Notes under the pieces: model-generated | Seen by the model: only the letters and a program-made list of their open reading frames with translations | Databases searched by the model: none | What the model was told of the DNA's origin: nothing | Translations under genes and position numbers: made by a program | Assembly (NCBI GenBank): GCA_951406725.2 | Contig: OX597815.1 | Location: 81,220,001 to 81,284,000, forward strand | Source of the DNA: Octopus vulgaris | Lineage: Eukaryota | Reading direction: 5' to 3' | DNA: 64,000 bases | In this document: positions 14,050 to 26,680 of the stretch, piece by piece | Layout of the letters: every line of letters begins with the position of its first letter | Position numbering within the stretch: position 1 is the first letter of the stretch

Positions 14050-14591
14050 TTGGAAGGTGAGATGAATGCCGACCCTAAAAGAAGGACATAAGGCAAAGTG
14101 GACCTAAGTAGGATTTGAGCTCTGAAAGTAAGGGGTGGGAATAAATAAGCAAGGTATATGTCTGAAGACAGACAAAATGCAGCTAAGCATCTTGCCTGGC
14201 ATTCTAACGATTCTGCCTGTTAGCTTCTTTAATAATAATAATAATAATAATCCTTTCTACTTTAGGCACAAGGCCTGAAATTTGGTGGGAGGGGACTAGT
14301 CGATTACATCGACCCCAGTGTTTCACTGGTACTTAATTTATCAAGCCTGAAAGGATGAAATACAAAGTCAACCTCAGTGGAATTTGAACCCAGAATGCAA
14401 ATGTAGAGATGGATGAAATGACACTAAGCATTTTATCTGCCATGATAATGATTAATAATAATAATCATCGTTTAGCGTCTGCTTTCCATGCTAGCATGGG
14501 TTGGACGGTTCAACTGGGGTCTGGGAAGCCAGAAGGCTGCACCAGGCCCAGTCTGATCTGGCAATGTTTCTACGGCTGGATGCCCTTCCTA

Positions 14592-14627
<36 letters not shown>

Positions 14628-15145
14628 TCTTTCACATTTTCACAAAAGGGCTGCCATTTTAGAAGAGTAAGGAGTTGATTACATTGATCCCAGTGGCTGA
14701 CTGGTATTTATTTTATTCATCATGAAAAGATGAAAGGCAAAGTCGACATTGTTGGAAGAAGAAATGCCACTAAGCAATAATAATAATCATCATCATAATC
14801 CTATTTTTTTGCTATTCGCAGAAGGCCTAAAATTTTGTGGGAGTCAACTACATCAACACCAGGACTCAACTGGTACTTACATAACATCAAATCCCAAAAG
14901 GATGAAAAACAAAGTCAATCATGGCAGGATTTGAACTCAGCACACCAGACACAATGCTCAGGGGCATTTTATCTATCTTTACATTCAAATGATTCTGCTG
15001 GCTCACCACCCTAATAATGATTCATTCTCATCTTGGCAGAAGGTCAGCAAATTTGAAGGGATGGGGCAAGTTGTTTACATCCATACTTGTACTAGACTTT
15101 ATCAACACCGAAAGATTGAAAGGTCAAGTTGATTTTGGTGGGATT
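14050..15145 (-). mobile_element. Cluster of minus-strand family-A SINE copies with a nested family-C 3' fragment (14464-14592)
   Basis: GGATGAAA(T/G)ACAAAGTCAACC...GGAATTTGAAC and CTGGTACTTAATTTATC recur at ~14251-14440, 14628-14750, 14800-15010 and 15025-15145, separated by (AAT)n. Confidence 0.85.
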
Positions 15146-16140
15146 TAAGTAGATGAATGATAAAAAGCTATTTTTCACCTTTGATACCTAACTTGGTACC
15201 TGACATTGAAACAGGGATGTGATCTGAAGAAATGCTTTAAGTGTATTCTGCTCAAATATACCACGATGCACTTGCAGTAAAATTGAACTCAAATCTTTAT
15301 GATTGAGGCAATTCAGTACTCCTCTCAAAATTAAGCTAGTGTTTAAGCTAGGTGTTCAAACCAAGAAAAAAGCAGCAAGTCCATGAACAAGAACGGAGCA
15401 GAAAGAGGTGCATAGACAGAGGTAAGATAGCTTCAGAAGAGATCAGGGACAGCTGTTGAAGATATAAAATGCCAGAAAAAAATCTAAGTGGACAGTAGAG
15501 AAGTTCAAAAAGAAAGAGAGACAGAGAAAGGGGAGAGAAGTACAAGGTTAAATTTAGTGAGCTGTTTTTCACTTGTAGAGTTATGATGATTGACAAATGG
15601 AGTTAATTAAATAGTGTGTGTTTAATGAACATGACCAAACATATGTATGTATATATATATATGTATCATATACATATGACAGACACACATATACACATAC
15701 ATACATATAGTGATACACACAGAGGGAGAATGAAAGAGAGAGAGAGAGGGAGGAGGAGCCACACTTGTACAAGTTGACCCATGATCAATGACGACACCAC
15801 ACTAATTTCACATAGGTGTTTTGTGTATGTGTGTGAAAAGAACACAGAGCAAATAATATATATTTTTAAGTTGCAAATATACATTTGTTAAGACAAAGAG
15901 CTGCACTGTACATAAATAGGTGCATTGTTTCACAGCTACTAATGGGGTTAATAATAACAACAGTGCGACAACTAACGCTACTGCAATTTCTCACAACCCA
16001 CCCAAATCAATGCAACTACAAACACAAATACACCTGAAGATGCATTGTCAAGAATACAGAGACAGAAATACAGACCGAAGAAAAAAACACACCAATTTCT
16101 ATCACCCTGCTAACCATTATTCATGCTGTGCTAACTATAA

Positions 16141-16283
16141 GCGCAGGAGTGGCTGTGTGGTAACTAGCTTGCTAACCAACCACATGGTTCCGGGTTCAGT
16201 CCCACTGCGTGGCATCTTGCCCCGGGCCAACCAATGCCTTGTGAGTGGATTTGGTAGACGGAAACTGAAAGAAGCCTGTCATA

Positions 16284-16323
<40 letters not shown>

Positions 16324-16553
16324 CGTGTGTATGTGTTTGCGTGTATGTGTTTGTGTGTCTGTGTTTGTCTCCCTAGCATTGCTTGACAACCGATGCTGGT
16401 GTGTTTACGTCCCCGTCACTTAGCGGTTCGGCAAAAGAGACCAATTGAATAAGTACTGGGCTTACAAAGAATAAGTCCCGGGGTCGATTTGCTCGACTAA
16501 AGGCGGTGCTCCAGCATGGCCGCAGTCAAATGACTGAAACAAGTAAAAGAGTA
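16141..16553 (+). mobile_element. Near full-length family-B tRNA-derived SINE with internal (TA)/(TG) microsatellite
   Basis: A-box-like TGGCTGTGTGG, B-box GGTTCAGTCCC, body GCCTTGTGAGTGGATTTGGTAGACGGAAACTGAAAGAAGCC, tail GAAACAAGTAAAAGAG. Other copies carry a CORE/V-like TTGGGCAA segment. Confidence 0.92.
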
Positions 16554-16705
16554 TAACAATGGAAAAAGAGCTGCACCAAATTAGGTTGCAGCTCTGCTGA
16601 ATACACTGATCTATGCCATCTATTTGCAAAAATACACTTGCCCTTTCCCTTCCTTCAATAGCTTACACACATACCATGTCCAGCACTGTTTGTCTACTTA
16701 TTTAA

Positions 16706-16910
16706 CCCTTTAGCATTTAATCCAGCCATATACAGCCCACATTTCTATGTTTTATGATCGAACCTCTCACACCTACCCTACAATGTCATTCTAAAAATAT
16801 ACAAGCATACCTTTGAAATCTTGAAGCTACAAGATAATGCATGATTAATTTAGGACAATGTGGATAAACAAACATTAAAAACTTGACAAAGAAATCTGTA
16901 TGCTAAAGGG
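16706..16910. mobile_element. piggyBac-type MITE
   Basis: TTAA|CCCTTTAGCA ... TGCTAAAGGG|TTAA: perfect 10-bp TIR with TTAA TSD. Degenerate relatives at ~17400-17557 and, inverted, at ~62840-63051. Confidence 0.88.
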
Positions 16911-18349
16911 TTAAATCCTACCCTATATATCACTTACCACAGTTCCAAAACTTCCCCTTCCGGTTAGCTTCTGGAACTATTTTCTTGCTCCCCTCTAGAC
17001 ACCTTACTGCTTTTATGGGCTTTAGCCCCATCAATTCGAATGACCCACTCTAACCTGTAATGTTATCTATCAAGTCTAAATCTTAGAGGGTTTGGTAGTG
17101 TAAACGAACCCACTTTTGCTGACTTTTTTTGTTTTTGTCTGGTAACCTTTACGCTTTCCTCCCTACAACAAGGACCTATGCTCTCACCATATAACAACAA
17201 TCCTCCCAATTCAACCACAAACACAAATTTATTTACCCCCACCCTCAACTCACCGCCAAGACAATGTCTCTGATTACCAGTTTGATACAAGCAAAGCAGT
17301 CCAACATCCGGTATCAAGAATTTATATTCTCTTCACTCCACTCTATAAATTGTGCCTCATGGAGGGAAAACATTAGTTACTTACAGAAACTGCTTGACTT
17401 TATCTGGCCAGCCCAAATATAGCAGCTGCCAGATTTGGCCTCTCACAGATACTCCACAATGTCGATCACATTCATTGATAGTTTGACGCTATGAGATAAT
17501 AAACGATTAATTCAAAGTATCATATGTGAATAAATAAGCATTACATTTGACAGAGTAACCACCAGCCCATGAACCTTAAACTTGAGAGGTTTTGACAACT
17601 GCAAGACATGAATGAACTACACACACACACACACACACACACACTTACGCTTGAATACTCATATCTTTTACTCACCACCAAGCAATAAGTTTATGCTCCA
17701 AAGGAGGAGGGAACTTAGTTTATGACTTGTGAATAATTAATTACAAAGCTTGAAATTGTAGTTTTATTTCATTCTTTCACATCTACATTAAGCTACAGAA
17801 AGGAGCTAAGCCACTTCCTTGAGTGACATAGATTAGATGTCAAAAATATGCAAGTGGATGTACTCCTAGAAGAACCGTCCAGAGTTGTTAAGACTTGAAA
17901 AAGACCCCCGCCCCCAACAAATTATGTATATGTTTATAACGAGGTTGCCGTTGTTTCAATTGCATTTCTCTAAAGAGTTCTCCTAACTGTCATTTTGACA
18001 AACAAGCCCTGGCCTCAGCTTTGAAACTCAAGGATAGTATCCTCAAAATATTTTAAAAACTGGAAGCGCCACTTCAACAGTAACAAAATATATGCAAAAA
18101 TACCAAATGTACATAAAACACATATACATTAGCCATTGCATTAAATAAACACACACATCTGTTTACAATAAAAATGTTATTGGACTCACATTAATAGTGA
18201 AGTAATAGCAGCATTCCATCCCATCCCTCTACATTCTGAGTCAAAATATTACTAGGAGTTACTTCATTTTCCACTCTTCTGGCAGCCAAGCGAGTCAAGG
18301 GTGAAAGCCTAGTTGAATGTGTAACTCTAATCCTACAATTTATTACAAA

Positions 18350-18970
18350 TAGTATTTCTAACAGAAGTACAAGGCTACAGGATTTAGTAGGAGGTAATTC
18401 GATCGACCCTGGTACTTAAATGGTACTTTGATTGCAGGAAGATGAAAGGTTAAATTGAAGGCAGTGGGAAATGAAACTCAAAATATAAAAACAATACAAC
18501 TAAGAAAGCTTTATCATTATCACCATCATCCTTACTACTAGTAAGGTGGTGAGCTGGCACAATCACTAGCCCACTAGACAGAATGCTAAGTGGCATTTCA
18601 TCCATCATAACATTCTGAGTTCAAATCCCGCCTAGGTTACCTTCTCTTTTTATGCTTTCAAGTTTCATAAGATAAGCACTAGATGAGCACTGGAGTTGAT
18701 GTAATCAACTTTCACCATTTCTCTCAACAACTGCTGACCTTGTGCCAAAATCTGAAACCATTATCATCATTTACGATGATAGATAAGTAGAATCACTCAA
18801 GTGTCAGAAGCAAATGGCCTGTGGTACTTGTTCTAGCCATTTTAAGATCAATTTTTGATGAGGTCAATATTGTCTGTCACCCTTTGAAACCAATAAAATA
18901 CAGTATTATTCAAATACAGGAATTGGTATAATCATCTAAAATGATCCTCCAAGTTTCAGGCCATGTGTCT
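18350..18970. mobile_element. Three family-A SINE copies (18350-18480 minus; 18545-18760 and 18780-18970 plus)
   Basis: GGTGGTGAGCTGGCAC head, CATTCTGAGTTCAAATCCCG B-box and GATGTAATCAAC. Confidence 0.75.
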
Positions 18971-19045
18971 ATGCTTACCATCATCAAATTCAAGGCATTG
19001 CAGCTGCTCTCAGCATCTCCTCCAAATTATAAATAGCAATGTTTG

Positions 19046-19241
19046 CCACCTGACTGGCTCCTGTGCCGGTGGCAAGTAAAAAGCACCCACTACACTCTCG
19101 GAGTGGTTGGCGTTAGGAAGGTCATCCAGCTAGATCAGATTGGAGTCTGGCACAGCCTACTGGCTTGCCAGTCCCTAGTCAAACCGTCAAACCCATGCCA
19201 GCATTGAAAAAGGTCGTTAAACGATGATGATGATGATGATG
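19046..19241 (+). mobile_element. Family-C retroposon 3' fragment ending in (GAT)n
   Basis: CTACACTCTCGGAGTGGTTGGCGTTAGGAAGG...AACCCATGCCAGCAT...CGTTAAACGATGATGAT. The same segment occurs at 42005-42173(+) and 14464-14592(-). Confidence 0.85.
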
Positions 19242-19379
19242 AGGGAAGTGATGGAAATAGGCACAGTAAACAAAAGTTTACAACAGGAATGAATTAAGAT
19301 ATCTCAATGGAAAGACAAACGCGTGATTATCCTAACTTCCAAGAGTCGGTGCCCTCTTTTGGTTGTGTGTCCTTTGATC

Positions 19380-19640
19380 TGCAGATGCATGTTGGAAGTA
19401 AGGCCATTCATATGGGGTATTCTTTGCCACTCTCACCCACCATATGACAAATTCATTAGAGGGTAACACCTCTCTCTCTCTCCACTCAGGAATTGCAGAA
19501 GCTGTTGAGGGCTTAGTTGAAAAAGAAACTGTTCATTTACAGTCCTTTTAATTTTGTCTACCATACAATTTCATTTATTATAACCATGGGATGGAAGGAA
19601 AACAGTTCTGCACTTCCTGGCTAAAAGGAAGGAAGCAAGA
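19380..19640 (-). pseudogene. Decayed 3' end of a Tx1/L1-like LINE ORF2
   Basis: Minus-strand translation with stops and frameshifts gives EIVW*TKLKGL...VERE/VLPSNEFVIWWVRVAK. This resembles the L1/Tx1 C-terminal region (recalled similarity, not searched). Confidence 0.45.
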
Positions 19641-21339
19641 CAATCCCTAGCAGGTGGCTGAATTGTAGTAATAATATGCACGAGGTTTCAAAATTTGGAG
19701 AAAGGATATAACTGATCATATCAGCCTCAGTTCATAACTAGGACCGTATTTTCTTGATCCTAGAAGACTGAACAGGCAAAGTTAACCATGAATATAAAAG
19801 TGCTAGGACAAATGCACCAATGTCCTAATGGTTCTGTTAGCCCATTCACTGTACTTGTGAGTGAGACAAATGATACATAATCAAACAAAATATTTTGCAG
19901 CATTTTGTTATGTTTTTTTCACATTCACGGTTGAAATCCCACCATGGTCAGTTCTACTTTCCATCGTCCAACAACTGATGCAATAAATAACAACCAGTCA
20001 AATACCGGAGTCAATTCAAACTAGCTATACATTCTCCCTCCTCTGCACTGAAACATTTCCGACGCCAGTGTTAGATACTATTATTATTATTATTATTAAT
20101 AGTGTGACATAGTAAATGGAGGATTGATTAAAATGGTCTCCACCGTTTTTACCAACCATTACGGACAAACAAAACAAAAATTATTATTGCTGTTTGATAT
20201 ATATATATATATATATCTGTGTGTGTGCACGTCTATGCAGAGAAGAACCAATTACTGTCAACTTACCTTCATATATTACAGGTGCTCCAGTAAATAGCAT
20301 AGGAAAACAATATTGAAACTAGCTGACTTCAGTGAAACTAAAATTTAAACTATTTTCATTTATATATTGTACATGAAGGACCAATCAAGGTGTGCTTCAC
20401 AGCACCTGTGTTATGTTGGATACATTGAATTAGGGATTTAAGGGGCTGGCAGGAACTATAAATATTTTCGCTTTGTAATCATTAGAAAACAAAATTAGGT
20501 GGTTCACTTAGCAGGCCAAGTGGTATTTAGGTATTCTTTTATATTGATTGTAGTTGTTGTTTGGAGATGGTTTTACTATGATGGCTAATGTGGAGCAGAT
20601 CAATGATTAAAGCTATTCAAGCCATGTTCATCCCATATTCTTCTCGAAGAATTATGTACCTTAGACTACAGTATCCAATGTCTTTTTTTCTCACTGTTGA
20701 AGAAGACAGTGTAATGCAGGGGAGACTTGGCCATTACTACTAGCAGGTTGCAGCTCATAGTGTGTTAGTGACATGTTCAGATTCATAAAGTTGTTTACAG
20801 ATGGAGCTGTGTAGTAGTGGAGGTGGTGGTGTACAGTCGTGTTAAGGTTGTTGTGATGTTGTTGAATCCTAGATTTGCCCTGACCAAGCAGACTATAATC
20901 CCATATAAGCCATCCATGACAATCCAGTGAGATTTTTTTGACCATGCTGTATCTAGGACTACATTATCAAATGTATTTCTTTTTCAGGCAGTTTGGTGTG
21001 GTCTGAGAGAGATATCACTTATTTCTAACAGGTCAGTGAAAATGTAGCAGTCCTCTTCTTGGTATATATCTAATGGTTATTTTGTGATGATGAAATCCCA
21101 TGTTGTGTTGGTTATTGTAAGGCAGGAGTGCCCACTGATACAGTGACTGTGTTTCTGGTTTTAAATTAGCATTTCCAGTTTCCCTAGGAGTTACAGCTGT
21201 CATCATTTTTATATCATGGTCTGTACTGTTGTTATGGTAACTACATTGTTCAAGTGTTGGCAGTGGTATAGGCTCCGGTCTACTTGGTGGTGATAATCTA
21301 TGTGTTCTGCTGGTGATGCAAAAGTAATAGTTAGTAACC

Positions 21340-22580
21340 TTGTCTCACTAATTTTATGCTGAAGTAGGTTAAAAGAAATTTCTCAAGGTATTTCCATTTC
21401 AAACTTTGGCAACTAGATAGTTCTTCAGGTTCTTGGCCTATTCGCAATAATACTTTTGCATTTTGACCTTTGATAATACAGGAAATGTTGAGCATGCAGC
21501 TGAAGCTTAGCTTTACATTATTTTTCTTTAACATCATGTACAATTTGTAGCCATTCAGGAAATATTTCTCGATAAGATAGAAGTTTTCACTATGCTGCAT
21601 TTTGCGTTGATATTTTCTAGAAGATTGTGCCATATTGTGCATTTCTATTCATTTTATATATTAAAACAGTCATAAGCACTTTGGAACCTTTCATGTTGGA
21701 AATTACTTACGAGAGGATAGACAGTACCCCTGACCTTTACAGGTGCTTTGAAATTGATGAGATTCATTTCCAGGTCACTGTCTGCAGGGGAAAATATAGA
21801 CAAACAGATGATGCAGGAAGCAGACTAAATTTTGTCTCAAAACATACAAAAGATCTTTATGGTCATTATAGCAGAAGTTGAGCTTAATGTTAAGGATGTT
21901 TACCGTTGTTAGATTTGCACCAATTACAATACCTTGGTCATCTCCATAAACACCTCATTCTAGTCAAAACTGTAAGTGTGCCATCCCTCATATCTATGCA
22001 GATGCACACTATTGCCACTAAAATATGTTTTCTATGGATGTTAAGTATAGTCACGACTAACTCAAGGAATTAAGAGCTGCTGCTTCAATCCAATTCCAAC
22101 GTGAAAAATTGCCTTCTCAAATTTTTCTTAATCCAGCATAGTTCTGTCATATACGATCATATGCAAGGTTGGTTTTCAGTGTCATGTTTGCAAATGATTT
22201 CTCAGATGGATTTTTTACCTGCCATAAGTTTATCATGTAAGTGGGTGGGTATGGGTGAGGGCAAGGAGGTAGCAGTCGATGTTGGCGAATGGGATAAATC
22301 TGCATTCATCTCTGTTTTCAATCTCCTTGAATAACTGCCGATAACCACAGCAACCTTGCTTCATAGATTCAAAAGGTGTAGATTTGTTTCATGTCTGCAT
22401 TTATTGAATCTAAGGCAGCCTTATTGATTAGACTGAAATCACTTTTGGCATTTGGATCAGTTGGCAATATTCATGTGAAATGATGATGAATGGCACTTGA
22501 CTCCATGGGCCATGTGCCCGACTTGTTATGTCAGGTACCATTCAAAACTTTCAGCTATTATCGATTATTTATTTCAACCT
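21340..22580 (-). pseudogene. Decayed Penelope-like retroelement (PLE) reverse transcriptase ORF, probably Naiad-type
   Basis: Collinear motifs on the minus strand: CQLI/NAKSDFSLINKAALDSIN (~22470-22400), FKEIENRDECRFIPF (~22330-22285), CWIKKN, HLHRYEG (~22005-21983; cf. GLYRDDG), KCTIWHN, and LIEKYFLNGYKLYMMLKKNNVKLSFSCMLNISCIIKGQNAKVL (ORF 21331-21642; cf. LIDKHFP..HKLHKIFNRNTVKISYSCMPN). Many stops and frameshifts. Confidence 0.8.
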
Positions 22581-22783
22581 ACTGGTCACCAGACAAAGCT
22601 GGTTAGATGAAACATTTAAGCATACATTTGCAATACTAGCTATCAAAGATATAAACACACACAAACACAGGATACTAGTAACCATTGGTATAAAGTCCAA
22701 CACAGCCTTTTCATATAAGGATGTATCCAGAATTTTTAAAGTTTTCATATGATACAACAGAAACAAATAGTTTAGAGAATGTA

Positions 22784-22882
<99 letters not shown>

Positions 22883-23095
22883 TATGGTATACACCTGGTA
22901 GCTTACCAGTAAAATACAGACTTTCACAGTGTTTGTTGGGTATTTGAATAATGAGAGAGATGGAAGAGGCACATCTACACTGTCGGATGCTCCCGAACCA
23001 GTTGTTAAGTATCCCACCTGTGAGAGATCAATGCCAGATGGATCTAAACAAGTGTAGTGATTAATAACCATTCTCGTATCTTCCATCTCTCTCAT

Positions 23096-23096
<1 letters not shown>

Positions 23097-23130
<34 letters not shown>

Positions 23131-23289
23131 ATATATACACATATATACATATACATACATACATATATACACATATATACATATACATACATACATATAT
23201 ATATATATACATACACTTATATACATACATACATACACATATATACATACATACATATATATACATATACATACATATACATACATACA

Positions 23290-23323
<34 letters not shown>

Positions 23324-23336
23324 CATATATATATAT
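23097..23336. repeat. (AT)n/(ATAC)n microsatellite
   Basis: Direct observation. Confidence 0.95.
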
Positions 23337-23766
23337 GGACACTACTCTAGTCATTAGTTTGGTAGTTCATACTGAAACCAGTGTTTTATTGTGCACTATT
23401 TGTTGAACTGCTAGATAACAGAACATAAAAACAAAACATGAGATAAACATAGGCAGAGGCATGTGTTTGTGAGTAAGCGTGTTTGTACAACCCTTGCATA
23501 GTTCCTGTCTATTAAGTTTCTCTTGCAAGATGCAAATCACTCCAAGGCTACAGTAGAGAAAATTGATTAAGCTTTCATGCACTGGGGACAAAACTGAAAT
23601 CTGAAGGGTTGCAAAGAAAACTTAACAACACAGCCACGTGTGTGTGTGTGTTATGGCAATTACATTAAATTCATGCAGGAATGCGTATAGACTTGAATGT
23701 ATGAAATATAAAGAGCAACACTTACAAATTTCATAAAAGTAAACCAAAAGGAGGGAAGAGGGTTAC

Positions 23767-23868
23767 CTGCGATTCATTTATCTCCTCGCTTCCAATACTA
23801 CCACCGCTACTCTCACCTCTCTCTCGTCCCCCACCCACCGAAACATGAAATGCATAAGCATTTACTTC
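23767..23868 (-). CDS. Candidate 102-nt cassette exon (EVNAYAFHVSVGGGRERGESSGGSIGSEEINESQ)
   Basis: T-rich tract + ccccttaAG| ... CAG|GTAACC. Length is divisible by 3 and phase 0 is open. No homology recognised. Confidence 0.25.
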
Positions 23869-24354
23869 CTTAAGGGGAAAAAATATCAACTCAAACCAGG
23901 TAAAACTTCAAACATATTTTGTTTTTAGATCTTCAGCATGATGGTAAAGATGTGTGTGGAGGGGAACCCACTTATGGTTGACTGTGGAAGATCTTTTTAG
24001 ACTGTATGAATAATGGAAAACGATGATGATGTCACAATTTCTTTTTTTTTTTTTGTTCTTTTTGCTTTACCTGCTGGTTAATACACACACAAACATATAC
24101 AAAACTACTGTAATCTCACATATGCAAATATGCACATACAAATAAAGAAACTGAAATAGTAATTAACAAAACCCAAAGCAAATAAGGAAAACCAACTTAG
24201 AAAAATACAGTCATTCCTTACTCAAGATTAAAATAATTCCATGTGGCAAAAAGGAAAGAGGTTAGGAAAAAAAAAATAGCACATGATAAACAAAACATCA
24301 ATATTATAAAACAACCACCACTACTGTCACCACCACTAATAATATTAATAAGAA

Positions 24355-24550
24355 TCCTTTCTACTATGGGATTATTATTTTGTGGGAGGGGCCTAGTCTA
24401 TTAAATTGATCCCGGTGCTCAACTGGTACTTATTTCATTGACCCCAAAAAGGATAAAAGACAAAGTCGACCTGGGCAGAATTTGAACTCAGAATGTAAAG
24501 TTGGACAAAATTCCACTAAGCATTTTTGCCCAGCATGCTAATGATTCAGC
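24355..24550 (-). mobile_element. Family-A SINE copy
   Basis: CTGGTACTTATTTCATTGACCCC...CAAAGTCGACC...AATTTGAACTCAGAA. Confidence 0.85.
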
Positions 24551-25833
24551 CACCCCCCCACCTCCTTGTGTAATTGCTGTCATGGTCAGGAGATAGAATG
24601 GGCTTAGGAAGAAAATGATAAATACAGAGTGAGTGATGGTAAGAAAAGTAAAATGAAAATGAGGGGAAGAATGAGGTGTTCATTACACTAGGCTAGTCTG
24701 AGTGCCAATCAGAGAAGGAGCAGCGTGAAAATTTAAATGAAAGTAGATTGGAGCACTAAGCGGTGAGCTTTATTTCATTTTAAGCAGAATGGAAAATAGA
24801 GACAATCCTGTTATGAAGATAAATAAGGATGCAAAGCACAGACATCTTTATGGATCTCTATACACACTTTTTCTATGAATATTTTATCAAAAGAAGTTCT
24901 AGAATAATGATATAAACATTTTTCAATATCAGTAATAATTTTGCAAATAAATCATCACTTTTAATGAAACAGTTCAGTCATTTTGTTAAAAATGAAGTTT
25001 GAGTTGTCCAGTACACTAAAAATTCTGCCAATCCACCCAACACTGTTAACAACAACAACAATAATAATAAACATAAACAATAACCTGATGGACAGCTGGA
25101 GGAATAGATTTCTTTAAATAAACAGTTCTAGTTTATTTGAATATGTTCAAGTGGCAAAGATTAACATTTGAATATGAACAGCCGCAGAATTTGAACCTGT
25201 GGGAAATGGTTATTCAATAAATTCACTTTAACCTTTGATGTCTCTCCATAATAGATAAACAATGGAATACTGGAGAGAGAAGAGATGTGTAGGTGGTGTG
25301 GTGTGCGCATAACACACACACACACACAGAAAGAGAGCAAGTTCAACTTGTTAATTGATATACATTGTATCTAGCTTAAATGCAGGTACGTGAGAGAAAG
25401 TTCATATAAATATGTGTATGAGAGAAAGAAAGAAAGAAAGATACAAACAGGGGCACAACATTGCAAGTTGAATTGGAGCAAGTCCTGAAGTTACCCTTAG
25501 AATTCCAACCATATATCCATAAAATTTAACAATCATATTATACAAAGAACAAACAAACAAAAACGGATTTACAACACACATAGTCAAAAATGTGTAGCTC
25601 CATGTTGACTAATAACTTTGTTTATGGATTTTGGTAGAAGTAAATTGCTCAGAAGCACATAATGTGCATACATTTTATACAATGCAGTCAGCTAAAATAA
25701 GACTGATATTGAATCAAAGGCAATGCCTACTAAGCATATGGCTGCAATCCAATGATTAAAACCAGCAGAATAAGAATGTCATTCTAACACATGTGTAGGT
25801 GTGTTTATGTTGTATGTGAAAGAGGGATAAATA

Positions 25834-25866
<33 letters not shown>

Positions 25867-26044
25867 CAAGCCACTCCTTCCCATTTACAGAAATCAATTG
25901 AGCATTTCACTTACCAATAGAGAAATGCTTAAGAAAGGAAAAAAACAAAAACAGAACACTGATCATCTGACGACAGACACACACATTCTCTTTGTGTATG
26001 TGTTTGTGCGTGTGTGTGTGTGTGTGTGTGTGTGCGCGTGCGTA

Positions 26045-26090
<46 letters not shown>

Positions 26091-26501
26091 GATAGGCTAT
26101 GAAAAGGTGGGTGGTGGCTATTTATTTCTAGCTACCATAAACTAAAGCATATACAAAGCTATGCTAAAAACACTGACAGCTAAAAGGTTCAAAAGCATGA
26201 CCTTTAAGGTCAACAATCCAACACTATGACCATCCAACCATTACATATCTGACAGTGGAGGAATGTGAAGGGGGTTGGTTTGACAGGTAATTTGATTGGA
26301 GGTAAGGTGAAAAGGTGTGTGAGTGTGTGTGTGTGTGCGTGTAGTGTGTGGCTCTGTTCACCAGTGACAAAGACAGAGATATGTGTTCATGTGTGTAAAG
26401 AGGGAGGTGAAGCACAATGCTTACATGTATTTGTGGCAGGATTAAGAGAGAGAGAACTGTGAAAAGGATGTGTTTGAAAGCAAATGAGGCAGAGTCTAGA
26501 C

Positions 26502-26680
26502 CAGTGGTTTTCAACCAGGGTTCCGCAAGAAGTTACAAAACTGCTAAAATCGGCAGTAATTTTTAATTCTCCTGTGCAAATATGTGTGCATAAGACTAAT
26601 AAATTATTGCACAGGGGTTCCCCAAGCCAGTGGAATGTTTCCTTGGGGTTCCGCTCCAGCAAAAAGTTTGAAAAGCACTG
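26502..26680. mobile_element. hAT (Charlie-like) MITE
   Basis: TIRs CAGTGGTTTTCAA / TTGAAAAGCACTG. Perfect 8-bp TSD GTCTAGAC at 26494-26501 and 26681-26688, matching the NTCTAGAN hAT target preference. Confidence 0.92.

Noticed and set aside
17063-17317. 84-aa minus-strand ORF
   Set aside because: No recognisable motif or splice boundaries; possibly old TE debris.
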